Positions 1 through 8,960 of a stretch of 64,000 bases of DNA are shown in pieces; within the stretch, counting starts at the first letter, position 1, and every line of letters begins with the position of its first letter. The stretch is taken from the NCBI GenBank assembly GCA_016794025.1, contig JAEUKX010000036.1:5225-69224 (forward strand), read 5' to 3'. Below the pieces are notes generated by a model that was not told the DNA's origin, searched no databases, and saw nothing but the letters and a program-made list of their open reading frames with translations. The position numbers and the translations under genes are program-made. The stretch comes from Rhodospirillales bacterium. Its GTDB lineage: Bacteria; Pseudomonadota; Alphaproteobacteria; CACIAM-22H2.

Positions 1-1
1 G

Positions 2-172
2 CCGCTTGGCTTCAATGACGATCCCATCGTTCCTGGCCGCGGCAGCGCCATCTTCCTCCATGTGGCGCGCCCCGAACGCACGCCGACCGCGGGCTGCGTG
101 GCGCTCGCACAGGACGATCTCCTGCAGGTACTAGCCCTGCTCCCGCCCGATCCGTCCTTGACGATCAGCTAG
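2..172 (+). CDS. C-terminal fragment of an L,D-transpeptidase (YkuD-domain) family protein; 5' end lies outside the window
   Basis: Open frame from nt 2 to TAG at 170-172. Translation ...PLGFNDDPIVPGRGSAIFLHVARPERTPTAGCVALAQDDL... resembles the H..(S/T).GC catalytic end of YkuD domains. Below the ORF-track size cutoff. Confidence 0.35.
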   Translation, partial: PLGFNDDPIVPGRGSAIFLHVARPERTPTAGCVALAQDDLLQVLALLPPDPSLTIS

Positions 173-182
173 GCGAAGACCG

Positions 183-671
183 CTAGCCCTTCGCGGCTAG
201 TCTTGCGAGTGCCTCGCCCTCGAGACGCACGCCGATCCACTCGGGCGTTTCTGTCGCACCGAGGCTCTTGTAGAAGTCCCGGGCCGGCACGTTCCAGTCG
301 AGGACGGACCATTGATAGCGCGCGCAGCCGCGTTCGACCGCCAGCCTTGCTCCCCACGAGATCAACGCCTTTCCGATCCCGCGCCCGCGCATCTCTTCCT
401 CGACATAGAGATCCTCCAGATAGAGACCCGGCGCGCACGCAAACGTCGAGAAGGTCGAAAAGAACAGCGCGAACCCCACGTTGCGCCCATCGATCTCGGC
501 CAAGGCGGCCTCTGCGGCCGGGCGAGGTCCAAACATGTGCCGCGCGATCGTCGCCGCGTCGGCAACGACCGTGTGCTCGAGCTTTTCGTAGACCGCGAGC
601 AGGCGGACGAAGCGCAGAAGCTCGCCGGCATCCTCCGGTCGCGCGGCGCGGATCTCGACGGCGTCCGTCAT
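183..671 (-). CDS. GNAT family N-acetyltransferase
   Basis: Internal ATG (M175 of track ORF 183..1193) begins a typical GNAT sequence (…EMRGRGIGKALI…). ATGA overlap with the upstream MaoC gene stop. High GC3. Confidence 0.8.
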   Translation of the reverse strand: MTDAVEIRAARPEDAGELLRFVRLLAVYEKLEHTVVADAATIARHMFGPRPAAEAALAEIDGRNVGFALFFSTFSTFACAPGLYLEDLYVEEEMRGRGIGKALISWGARLAVERGCARYQWSVLDWNVPARDFYKSLGATETPEWIGVRLEGEALARLAAKG

Positions 672-1132
672 TCGCCCCGCCTGCGCTTCACGAGGATGAT
701 GAAAGTCGTCGTCATCACCGGTTCGTCGCGCTGGTTGAGCGCGGTCAGATGCAGCTTGAGGATTCCGCGGTCGGGCTTCGATTTCGACGGCACGATGCCC
801 CTCACCTCGCCCACAGAGCGGATCGTGTCGCCGACCATGACGGGTCTCGTCCAGCGCAGCTCGTCCATGCCGGGGCCGCCCATCGACGCGGCCTTGATGA
901 AACCGGTCTGATAGAGGAGCCGAAAGGCGACCGACAGCGTGTGGAATCCCGACGCGATGAGCCCGCCATAATTCGACCGGCGCGCGGCGTCGGCGTCGAT
1001 ATGGAACGGCTGCGGGTCGTAGGCGAAGGCGAAATCGACGATCGAGGATTCGGTAAAGGTGTAGCCGCCGCTCTCGAAGCGATCGCCGATCTTCAGTTCG
1101 TCGAGATAGTAGTCCTGGCGCGGTGCCGTCAT
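668..1132 (-). CDS. MaoC-like hot-dog fold dehydratase / (R)-specific enoyl-CoA hydratase
   Basis: 154-aa ORF with hot-dog fold signature (…DPQPFHIDADAARRSNYGGLIASGFHT…). Confidence 0.8.
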   Translation of the reverse strand: MTAPRQDYYLDELKIGDRFESGGYTFTESSIVDFAFAYDPQPFHIDADAARRSNYGGLIASGFHTLSVAFRLLYQTGFIKAASMGGPGMDELRWTRPVMVGDTIRSVGEVRGIVPSKSKPDRGILKLHLTALNQRDEPVMTTTFIILVKRRRGE

Positions 1133-1217
1133 CGTTGCATATCTCCCGGACCGGGAGACTAGCCGTGCGCCGCCGCTGCCGCCAGTACCGCATCGGACAG
1201 CGATCGTCGCCCGCTAT

Positions 1218-2312
1218 CTAGCTGGCGAGGGCTTGCGGACTGCCGAATCCGGCTTCGCGGGCGCGCACGATCAGCTGGGCGCGGCTGTCCACTTCGAGCT
1301 TGGCGAAAACGCTCGTGATGTAGTTCTTCACCGTCTTCCGGCTGAGCGCGAGTTCGGCGGCGATCTCCATGTTGCTGAGCCCGCGCGCCATCAGGTCGAC
1401 GAGCTCGCGCTCGCGGCGCGTCAGTTCGCCGAATATCGGCGAGCCTGCAGCCTCGGCCGGGATGAACGCGCGGATCTCTTCGATCCACTGCCGCCAACTC
1501 GATTCATGCTCGAGCAACAGGTGGTTCTGGCTGCGGATTGGCACGAACTGCGCTTGCGGGATGAGGCTGGCGAGGAAGCGCCCTTCCTCCATCGGCACCC
1601 ACGGGTCGTTCATGGAGTGGGTGACAAGGGTCGGACAGGTAACCTTGCGCGCAAACTCGCCGACGTCGAGATCGTAAAGGGTGCGGAAGCGCGACGCGAA
1701 ACTGCTCGACGAGACCGATGCGCGGGCGAATTCATGGAAGGCGCGGTAGTGCTCCGGTGTCGCGTCGGGCAGGAACTGCAGTGCAATCATCTGGCGGATC
1801 GCGGGGCTCACGAGCTCCCAGCCGAACTCGACGAGCTTGGCGATGCTCTCGTAGACCTCGCGTACATGGGGGGCGGCCGAGCGGCGCATCGGGCCCATCG
1901 CGTAGCCGCCATGGATCATGAGGTGGCTGACACGGTCCGGGTGCTTTGCGGCATAGGCGAGTGCCACCGCCGAGCCCCCGCATAAAGCCAGCAGCGAGAA
2001 CCGCTCGAGCTTCGCCGCGTCGACCACCGCCTCGAGATCGCGCAGCGAGGCTTCGAACGACATGTCGCCGACGTCGCGATCGGACAGGCCGCAGCCGCGC
2101 GGATCATAATTGACGTAGGTGTAGTGCCCGGTAAGCGCCGCCGCGTAGTGCCGCCACACCGTACTGTCCTTCTCGAAATCGAGATGGCTGAGCGAGTTCC
2201 CCGACTTGACGATCGGCGGGCCGTTGCCGCGCTGCGCGAACGCGATACGGACGCCGTCGCCTGCGGATGTGCAGAAGCGGACGCGTTGGCGAAGACCGGT
2301 CGTCGTGCCCAT
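1218..2312 (-). CDS. LuxR-family transcriptional regulator with N-terminal alpha/beta-hydrolase-fold domain
   Basis: C-terminal LuxR HTH (…LTRRERELVDLMARGLSNMEIAAELALSRKTVKNYITSVFAKLEV…). N-terminal about 280 aa alpha/beta-hydrolase fold. Start set at M51 with GAGAGG RBS; alternative start at M46. Confidence 0.75.
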   Translation of the reverse strand: MGTTTGLRQRVRFCTSAGDGVRIAFAQRGNGPPIVKSGNSLSHLDFEKDSTVWRHYAAALTGHYTYVNYDPRGCGLSDRDVGDMSFEASLRDLEAVVDAAKLERFSLLALCGGSAVALAYAAKHPDRVSHLMIHGGYAMGPMRRSAAPHVREVYESIAKLVEFGWELVSPAIRQMIALQFLPDATPEHYRAFHEFARASVSSSSFASRFRTLYDLDVGEFARKVTCPTLVTHSMNDPWVPMEEGRFLASLIPQAQFVPIRSQNHLLLEHESSWRQWIEEIRAFIPAEAAGSPIFGELTRRERELVDLMARGLSNMEIAAELALSRKTVKNYITSVFAKLEVDSRAQLIVRAREAGFGSPQALAS

Positions 2313-2546
2313 GGGCGTTCCTCTCATCCGATCCCCGGACGCAATCCGGCCACCGTGCCGGAAGGCACGCGCCGAAGCGCTCGACGGCTGCGGCGGCCGC
2401 CGGATCTGCCGCTGGTGTCGATCGGCCGCGGAGTTAGTACGCACTGTTCGAGGTGTCAACACGCGCTGATCACGGCCCTACGGAGTATTGTTGAATCCCA
2501 GCGACATGGCCTGAAACTCTGTATGACGTTGTTCGCTACGATAGTA

Positions 2547-2870
2547 TTACGTCGACTCATTCCGGTCGGCGGGAATCGGGGATGGGGCAAGCTCCAGGAG
2601 AAGCGCCGAGAACCACATCAGGCGCTCGCCAGAATCGCGGATCCTGACCTCGTCGCAAGTCGGCAGGACAGTTGCGGTGATGCCATCCAGCCCTTCGCCG
2701 ACGGCGATCAGCCGCTCGGCGATGGCGCGGAGCTGACCGACGTTCGGTGGCGTCGCGGCGGGCGGATCGAGCCGGTTCAGCGCGTCGATCAAGGAGACGC
2801 ATTCGGCGTGCAGCGCATCGATGCTCGGCGAGACGAGATCGCGCTTCATACCCAAGATAAGGTCGAGCAT
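2547..2870 (-). CDS. hypothetical protein (107 aa)
   Basis: High GC3 in this frame, whereas the overlapping alternative frame (2557..2889) is Arg-rich junk. No recognisable domain. Confidence 0.4.
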   Translation of the reverse strand: MLDLILGMKRDLVSPSIDALHAECVSLIDALNRLDPPAATPPNVGQLRAIAERLIAVGEGLDGITATVLPTCDEVRIRDSGERLMWFSALLLELAPSPIPADRNEST

Positions 2871-2967
2871 CGCCGCCAGACAGGTGCACGCCGCGCGCCG
2901 CGCGCCCTCGAAGGTCCGTGGAGTGGCGGGTATGGCGCGCGGCGGTCGTCGCCCGATTGCGCTTCGC

Positions 2968-3750
2968 TTAGAGATCGCGAGCTCCCAGCCGGCCGGCCCC
3001 GGTCACCTCGGCTGCCCTGTCCGCCCGCTCCGGCCAGGGAAGCAGCATGCGCACCTCGCGCCGATACTGGCGGTAGCGTTCGCCGAACATGCCGATCAGG
3101 TCACGCTCCTCGAGCGCGATGCCGATCAGGATGTGGCCGGTGGTCGCGACCGCGAAGAGCAGATGGCCCGCCGTCATATCGGGCGTCGACCAGAACGCGA
3201 TCAGGAAGCCGAGATAGAGCGGATGGCGCACCAGGCGGTAAGGGCCAGGCTTCTTGAAAGCCATCTCGCCGACTTCGCGACCCTGTGCGGCTTTGACCAC
3301 CTGCTTGAGCCCGAACAGCTCGAAATGGCTGATCAGGAAGGTGCTGATCAGCACTGTCGCCCAGCCGAACCAGAACAGGGCCTGCAGAACCTGGCGCGCG
3401 GCGGCATTGTCCACCGTCCACACGATCTCGGTGATCGGCCGCCAGTGGTAGAACAGGCCGGCGAGGATCGCGCTGGCCAGCAGGACGTAAGTGCTGCGCT
3501 CGAGCGGCTTGGGGATGATCCGCGTCCATACGCGCTTGAAGCCCTGGCGAGCCATCACGCTGTGCTGGATCGCGAACAGGCAGAGAAACAGGACATCGAC
3601 GGCCAGCGCTTCGACGAGCGGGGCGCCGGCGCCGCCGACGTCGATCGATTTCGGCACGATCAGGTTGCCGACGAAACCGATGGCATAAAGAAACGTACCC
3701 AGAAAGAAGACGTAGACCGCAACGCCGTAAGCCAATCCGAAGACTCTCAT
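2968..3750 (-). CDS. Membrane methyltransferase of the ICMT / phospholipid-methyltransferase family (MddA-like)
   Basis: Multi-TM 260-aa protein with RHPLYLG motif typical of the isoprenylcysteine carboxyl methyltransferase family. Confidence 0.7.
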   Translation of the reverse strand: MRVFGLAYGVAVYVFFLGTFLYAIGFVGNLIVPKSIDVGGAGAPLVEALAVDVLFLCLFAIQHSVMARQGFKRVWTRIIPKPLERSTYVLLASAILAGLFYHWRPITEIVWTVDNAAARQVLQALFWFGWATVLISTFLISHFELFGLKQVVKAAQGREVGEMAFKKPGPYRLVRHPLYLGFLIAFWSTPDMTAGHLLFAVATTGHILIGIALEERDLIGMFGERYRQYRREVRMLLPWPERADRAAEVTGAGRLGARDL

Positions 3751-3763
3751 GATCAGGGTTCCT

Positions 3764-4597
3764 TTACCGTGCGACAGACGAAGAGATTGCGGAGGGGATT
3801 GCGCGCGAGCCCGATATGCGAAGCGCGATCGCGGCGGCGACCGCTTCGGGATGCGTGAGCGGCCCCATATGCCCGGCGCCTGCGACGACCTGGAGCCGGG
3901 CCGTCGGCAGTGAAGCTGCGAGGGCGTCGACGATCAGGCGGCTTGGGCGCAGCGCGAACTCGCCACGCAGCAGAAGCACCGGAAAGTCGAATTCCGTATA
4001 GGAGGCCAGTGGCGTCGGCTCCTCGAACAGGGCGTGGAAATCGAGCGTCGCCTTGGGCACCCAGCGGGCGAGTGCCTGCCTGACCGACGGGCGCAGCGCC
4101 GCCCAGGCGCCGGTTCCGCCCCAGTAGTCGATGAAAACGCGCGCGGCATCGCAGTGGTCGCCGCGCGCCACGGATGCGGCGGTCTTCGCGCTTATCTCGG
4201 CGATCTCCGCGAAGGCGTCGGCGGCGCCGTCAATCTGCTTCAACAGATGGAAAGCCGATGGCTCGTAGAGTGCGAGGCTGGCGACGCGCTCGGGCCGTAC
4301 GCGCGCGATATGAAGGGCGAGCGCCCCGCCGTAGGAATGACCGACGAGGTGGACCTTGTCGCCCACGCTGTCGATCAAGGAGAGGCTGCTCGCGGCTTCC
4401 TCGGCGAGGGAAAATGCCGTCCCGCCGGGCCACGGGCCGATTTGCTCGGAGCCGAAATACATCGGTGCCGACAGGTCGAAATCCGGACCAAGGTTGGTCG
4501 CGAGCGGCAGCCATTGGCGGGGGCCGGCGCCTGAGCAATGCAAGGCGATGACGAGGTCCCGGCGTCCGGGCGCCGGTTCCAGAGAGGCATGAATCAT
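3764..4597 (-). CDS. alpha/beta hydrolase
   Basis: Canonical nucleophile elbow VGHSYGG. 14-nt gap to the upstream methyltransferase gene. Confidence 0.8.
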   Translation of the reverse strand: MIHASLEPAPGRRDLVIALHCSGAGPRQWLPLATNLGPDFDLSAPMYFGSEQIGPWPGGTAFSLAEEAASSLSLIDSVGDKVHLVGHSYGGALALHIARVRPERVASLALYEPSAFHLLKQIDGAADAFAEIAEISAKTAASVARGDHCDAARVFIDYWGGTGAWAALRPSVRQALARWVPKATLDFHALFEEPTPLASYTEFDFPVLLLRGEFALRPSRLIVDALAASLPTARLQVVAGAGHMGPLTHPEAVAAAIALRISGSRAIPSAISSSVAR

Positions 4598-4766
4598 GGC
4601 GCCGGTGTAAGGTCCGCCACCGCTGCCGTCTCGGGATCAGGGTCCCAAGCCCGCCATTTCTTCGTGCGGTTGGCTCCCGAATAGGGGACCGGAGGCCCTA
4701 AAAGTGACCGCCGTCACACATGACAGCGAATCCTCGCCGACGCCAAGCCGGGACAGCGGACGCCGA

Positions 4767-5615
4767 CTAGGAGGGCCGCGCTTCGGCGTGCGCGGCTTCC
4801 CAGCCGATCATCGCCATCTTGCGCGGACGGCCCCAGTGATAGTGGCTGATGGCGCCTGACTTCCGGATGACGCGATGGCAGGGCACCAGCCACGAGATCG
4901 GGTTGGCTCCGACCGCCGTGCCCACCGCGCGGCTCGCCGTCGGCTTGCCGACGGCCTGCGCGATGTCGTCGTATGCGACGAGCCGGCCTTGCGGAATCGT
5001 CAGCAGAGCCTCCCACACCTTTATCTGCCACGGTGATCCGCACAGCAGCAGCTTGAGCTTCTCGCCGGACCTGCGCGCGCCCGGATCGAACAGCTGGCCG
5101 GCGATGCGCGCGACCTCGGCCGGGTTCTCGCGATAGGTCGCCTCCGGCCAGCGGCGCTTCATGTCGTCGAACGCCGCGCGCTTCCCGTCCGGACCCGGCA
5201 TCGCGAAGGCCAGGCCGCAGATGCCGCGCGGCGTGGTGAGGACCAGCGCCTCGCCGAAAGGCGAATCGGCCCAGCCCCATGAAATCTCCAGCCCGGCACC
5301 CCGCAGCTTGTATTCCCCCGGCGTCAACGCCTCGTGCGCCACGAAGAGGTCATGTAGCCGCCCCGGACCTGACAAGCCTGCTGCGAAACTCGCGTCCAGC
5401 ACCGAACCCGCATCGGCCAGGCATTCCTTGGCGCGATCGAGGCTCAGGTACTGGAGGAACTTCTTTGGGCTGACGCCGACCCAGCGCGTAAACAGACGCT
5501 GGAAATGGAAGGGGGAAAGCCCCACCTCGGCCGCCGCGCGGTCGAGATCGGGCTGCTCGTCGACGTTCTCTTCGAGGAACGCGAGGGCCTTGGCGATTCG
5601 GTCGTAATCGTTCAT
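4767..5615 (-). CDS. Ada-like regulator: AraC-type HTH fused to O6-methylguanine-DNA methyltransferase domain
   Basis: N-terminal AraC HTH (…GLSPFHFQRLFTRWVGVSPKKFLQYL…). C-terminal MGMT active site PCHRV. No Ada N-terminal Zn domain. Confidence 0.8.
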   Translation of the reverse strand: MNDYDRIAKALAFLEENVDEQPDLDRAAAEVGLSPFHFQRLFTRWVGVSPKKFLQYLSLDRAKECLADAGSVLDASFAAGLSGPGRLHDLFVAHEALTPGEYKLRGAGLEISWGWADSPFGEALVLTTPRGICGLAFAMPGPDGKRAAFDDMKRRWPEATYRENPAEVARIAGQLFDPGARRSGEKLKLLLCGSPWQIKVWEALLTIPQGRLVAYDDIAQAVGKPTASRAVGTAVGANPISWLVPCHRVIRKSGAISHYHWGRPRKMAMIGWEAAHAEARPS

Positions 5616-5669
5616 GGCGGTGAATCTAGGCGCATGCCAGTGGCCGGGCCACCCGGAACTTGCGCGAGC

Positions 5670-6272
5670 CTAGCCTTCGAAAAGGACGGGCACGAGCGAG
5701 GCCACGAGCAGCGCCGCCATCGTCCAGTTGAAGCGGCGCACGTTGCGCGGGTCGGACAACGAGCGCCGCAGCCAAACGCCGAACATCGCCCACAAAGCGA
5801 TCGTCGGCAGATTGACAAGTCCGAACGTCGCGGCGACCACGGCAAGACTGGCGAGATGGCTTTCCGCGATCGTGTAGGCCGCGATCGCCGAAAGCGCCAT
5901 TGCCCACGCCTTCGGATTCACCCACTGGAAGGCGGCGGCCTGCACGAACGTCATCGGGCGAGCGCCTTCGCGCGCCTCGCCGGGTCCGCCGGCATTGGCA
6001 ATCTTCCAGGCGAGCCAGAGCATGTAGACGAGCCCGGCGATCTTCATGGCGCCATGCAGCCACGGAAAAACCGCGAAAAGTTCGCCAATGCCAAGGCCGA
6101 CGAGCACGATCATGGCCGTGAAGCCGATGGCGATCCCGAGCATATGCGGGATCGTGCGCGCGAATCCGAAATTCACGCCAGATGCGAGCAGCATCATGTT
6201 GTTGGGCCCCGGCGTGACGGAGGTCACGAAGCAGAAAAGCACGAGTGCCGCGAGCTGTTCGGCGCCGAGCAT
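5670..6272 (-). CDS. LysE/RhtB family amino-acid exporter
   Basis: 200-aa, 6-TM protein with the N-terminal TPGPNNMMLLASG motif of the RhtB/LysE family. Confidence 0.85.
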   Translation of the reverse strand: MLGAEQLAALVLFCFVTSVTPGPNNMMLLASGVNFGFARTIPHMLGIAIGFTAMIVLVGLGIGELFAVFPWLHGAMKIAGLVYMLWLAWKIANAGGPGEAREGARPMTFVQAAAFQWVNPKAWAMALSAIAAYTIAESHLASLAVVAATFGLVNLPTIALWAMFGVWLRRSLSDPRNVRRFNWTMAALLVASLVPVLFEG

Positions 6273-6275
6273 GGC

Positions 6276-6734
6276 CTAGCCGGCCGCCGAGCGGCGATAG
6301 ACGTCGGGATCCGGCCGCTCCATCACGCGGGCCGGGTCGGCAAGCGGCTCGAAGCCGTAGTGCCGGTACAGCGCGTGGGCATCGCGTGTGGCGAGCAGCC
6401 AGCGGCGGAATCCCTGGAGTTCGGGATGTGCGAAGATGGTGTCGAGAAGGAAGCGCGACAGTCCCCTTCCGCGGGCTTCCGGGGCGATGAACACATCGCC
6501 CAGATAGCCGAACGTCGCCCGGTCGCCCATCACGCGCGCGAACCCGATCTGCGCGCCGTCGGGCGCGTAGACGCCAAAGCACATCGCGCCGTCGAGCGAA
6601 CGCTCGAACACCGCGCGCGGAATGCCGGCCGACCAGTAGGCCTCGCGCGAGAGCCAGCCGAATACCCGGTCACGGTCAATGCGGGTTCGCTCGTCGCTGA
6701 CCGCATGGCCGTCGGCGCGCGTCCACGTGCTCAC
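6276..6734 (-). CDS. GNAT family N-acetyltransferase (GTG start)
   Basis: GNAT fold at the C-terminus of track ORF 6276..7106. No in-frame ATG. GTG overlaps the stop of the upstream GNAT gene (GTGA coupling). Confidence 0.7.
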   Translation of the reverse strand: MSTWTRADGHAVSDERTRIDRDRVFGWLSREAYWSAGIPRAVFERSLDGAMCFGVYAPDGAQIGFARVMGDRATFGYLGDVFIAPEARGRGLSRFLLDTIFAHPELQGFRRWLLATRDAHALYRHYGFEPLADPARVMERPDPDVYRRSAAG

Positions 6735-7207
6735 AGCGCAAGCTCGAACCAGAGAACGCCTTCGTGCGGCGTGCCATCGAACGGGGCAGCTTCCGCAAAT
6801 CCCATCGACCGATAGAGCGCCACGGCCGCCGCAAACCGGTCGAGCGTGTGAAGGCGCAGTCGGCGGTAGGCGCGCTTGCGTGCCTCGTCCGCCACGGCCG
6901 CGGCGAGGCGCCGTCCCACTCCGAGACCCCGCACCGCCGGTCGCACGTAGAGGCGCTTCATCTCCGCAACGTCGCCCTCGCCCATCGGGCACAGTGCGAC
7001 AACCCCGGCGGGCTTGCCGTCGGCTTCCGCAAGCAGGACGCAGCCGGCCGGATCGGCATAGCGTCCCGGCAATCCGGCAAGCTCTGCCTCGAACCCCTCG
7101 AAGCACACTGCCGCGCCAAGTGTTTCCTCGTATTCGCGAAACAGCGCGCGCACCGCATCCATGTCGGCGGCCCCGTCCGCGTAGCGCAGCACGAGCAGTT
7201 CAGACAT
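6731..7207 (-). CDS. GNAT family N-acetyltransferase
   Basis: Start at M29 of track ORF (MSELLVLRYADG…). Acetyl-CoA binding motif RPAVRGLGVGRRL. Confidence 0.8.
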   Translation of the reverse strand: MSELLVLRYADGAADMDAVRALFREYEETLGAAVCFEGFEAELAGLPGRYADPAGCVLLAEADGKPAGVVALCPMGEGDVAEMKRLYVRPAVRGLGVGRRLAAAVADEARKRAYRRLRLHTLDRFAAAVALYRSMGFAEAAPFDGTPHEGVLWFELAL

Positions 7208-7988
7208 GGATCGTGCCCTCCAGATAGAGCCTGGCCGTTCCGCCCATGTAGGTCCGCTCGCCAGCGTGCCGGCACTGAAGCGTACCCCCACGTGCGCTGA
7301 TCTGTCGGGCGACCAGCGAGGACTTGCCCAAACGCGCCGCCCAGTAGGGGACGAGCGTGCAGTGGGCGGAGCCCGTCACCGGGTCCTCGTCGATTCCCGC
7401 GGCGGGCGCAAAGAACCGTGAGACGAAGTCGCAGTCCTCGCCCGGCGCTGTGGCGATGGCTCGCCCGCGCGTCGACGCGGCAAGCGCACGCAGATCGGGC
7501 GACAGCGCCTTGACCTCGTCCGCAGAGGCGTAGAGCACCATGTAGCGGTCGACGGAGAACTGGATGGAAACGGGTTTGCCGCCGACCGCGCTGGCGACTC
7601 GGCGCGCCTCGTCCTCGGATACCGGCGTGAGGCCGCGCGAAGGGAAGTCGAGCGTGAAGACATCGCCCGCCCGCGTCACCTGCAATGCGCCCGATTTCGA
7701 ACGGAAGCGGACGGCCGTGCGCGCCGGATCAAGAATCGTCATCAGCACGAAGGCGCTCGCAAGCGTGGCATGCCCGCACAGCGGCACCTCGATCGCCGGC
7801 GTGAACCAGCGCAGGCCGAACCCGTCCTCTTCCGGCACGAAGAAGGCCGTTTCGGCAAGGTTGTTCTCCGCCGCGATCGACTGCATGACGGAATCCGGCA
7901 GCCATTCGGCGAGCGGCACGACGGCCGCAGGGTTGCCGGCAAAAAGGCGGTCGGCGAACGCGTCGACCTGATAGATCGGCAATCGCAT
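7200..7988 (-). CDS. PhzF family phenazine-biosynthesis-like isomerase
   Basis: Start MRLPIYQVDAF… typical of PhzF/YddE. 262 aa. Overlaps the downstream GNAT start by 8 nt. Confidence 0.85.
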   Translation of the reverse strand: MRLPIYQVDAFADRLFAGNPAAVVPLAEWLPDSVMQSIAAENNLAETAFFVPEEDGFGLRWFTPAIEVPLCGHATLASAFVLMTILDPARTAVRFRSKSGALQVTRAGDVFTLDFPSRGLTPVSEDEARRVASAVGGKPVSIQFSVDRYMVLYASADEVKALSPDLRALAASTRGRAIATAPGEDCDFVSRFFAPAAGIDEDPVTGSAHCTLVPYWAARLGKSSLVARQISARGGTLQCRHAGERTYMGGTARLYLEGTIHV

Positions 7989-7996
7989 TGGGCCGC

Positions 7997-8623
7997 TCAC
8001 GCCGGCTTCCCGGCACGCATCGCGCGCGCGAGCTGGGCATCGTCGGCGCGGCCGGTTGCCTCGAGCCCCGCGAGGACGCCCGCGCGGTCCGCCGCATTGC
8101 GGTTCTGCGACATCTTGAACTTCCCTTCGATCCGGGCAATTGCGATCTCGAACCCGACGATCCCGCCCAGCATGCGCGCGACATAATCCTCGTCCTGCGC
8201 AGCGAGAGTCCATCCCATACGTTCGTATTTCTTCGCGAGGGAATCGACGATCGCGCGCAGGCGGTCAGGCGAACTGAATGTCGCCGGCACCCCGTAGACA
8301 TGGGCCGCCGCGTAGTTCCACGTGGGCACGGAGTTGTGCTTTGCGGCATACCACGAGGGGGAGATGTAGCCGTGCGGTCCCTGAAAGACGGCAAGCACCT
8401 CCCGGCCGGCCCGCGCACACTCCTCCAGGATTTCGGCCTGCGGATTGGGGCCCGCGAGATGGCCGATCAGGACATTGCGCTGCCTGTCGTGGAGAAGCGG
8501 GACATGCGAGACGACCGGCACGCCGCCGGCGCCGCACGCGACAAGAACGGCAAAGCCGAATTCGTCGATGAGCCGCGCCGTCGCCTCGTCGCTCGGACTG
8601 GCGAATGCGGATGGAATGTACAT
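7997..8623 (-). CDS. paiB: FMN-binding negative transcriptional regulator PaiB
   Basis: 208-aa PaiB/Pai2 family sequence. 8-nt gap to phzF. Confidence 0.85.
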   Translation of the reverse strand: MYIPSAFASPSDEATARLIDEFGFAVLVACGAGGVPVVSHVPLLHDRQRNVLIGHLAGPNPQAEILEECARAGREVLAVFQGPHGYISPSWYAAKHNSVPTWNYAAAHVYGVPATFSSPDRLRAIVDSLAKKYERMGWTLAAQDEDYVARMLGGIVGFEIAIARIEGKFKMSQNRNAADRAGVLAGLEATGRADDAQLARAMRAGKPA

Positions 8624-8672
8624 GTGGACACGACAGCCGCGGCGGGTCCGTCCCGCCGCGGCCGCTCCCGTA

Positions 8673-8918
8673 TCAGTGGATCCAGAAGGGCTTGCTGGCC
8701 TCGAAATCGACGTCGGACCGGCTGAGGCCGAGATCTGTGCGCATGTAGTCGCTCATCTCGGCCAGCTGGTGTCGCTGTCGGGCGCGCTCCTGCCAGACGT
8801 ACAATTTTTCAAATGCCGCCAGAAGCGCACGGTCCAGCGTGCGGACCGTCTCGACAGCGAGCTGGCGCAGGACGCGCACGGACTGCTCGATCGGACCGGT
8901 TTGCACGATTGTAACCAT
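8673..8918 (-). CDS. DUF1127 domain small protein
   Basis: C-terminal …ERARQRHQLAEMSDYMRTDLGLSRSDV… matches the DUF1127 (YjiS-like) signature. Start chosen at internal ATG preceded by a perfect AAGGAGG RBS. Confidence 0.7.
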   Translation of the reverse strand: MVTIVQTGPIEQSVRVLRQLAVETVRTLDRALLAAFEKLYVWQERARQRHQLAEMSDYMRTDLGLSRSDVDFEASKPFWIH

Positions 8919-8943
8919 ACAAGCCTCCTTTTGGCTGGCAAAT

Positions 8944-8960
8944 GTAACGATATTCGTTAC
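8944..8960. promoter_or_regulatory. 17-bp palindrome GTAACGAtatTCGTTAC in the divergent DUF1127 / MocR-1 promoter region; candidate MocR operator
   Basis: Perfect 7-bp arms with 3-bp spacer in a locally AT-rich intergenic region, flanked by TGACA/TGTCA repeats. Confidence 0.35.

Noticed and set aside
2557-2889. 110-aa alternative-frame ORF overlapping the 107-aa hypothetical gene
   Set aside because: Arg-rich, low-complexity translation. The other frame has the coding-like GC3 pattern.
7970-8220. Apparent 1-nt disagreements between my manual reading of the printed sequence and ORF-track arithmetic at several gene starts (for example PhzF, tolA, ymdB and COG0523 starts)
   Set aside because: Most likely my counting error. 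Treated as +/-1 nt coordinate uncertainty rather than real frameshifts, because the track reports these ORFs as intact.
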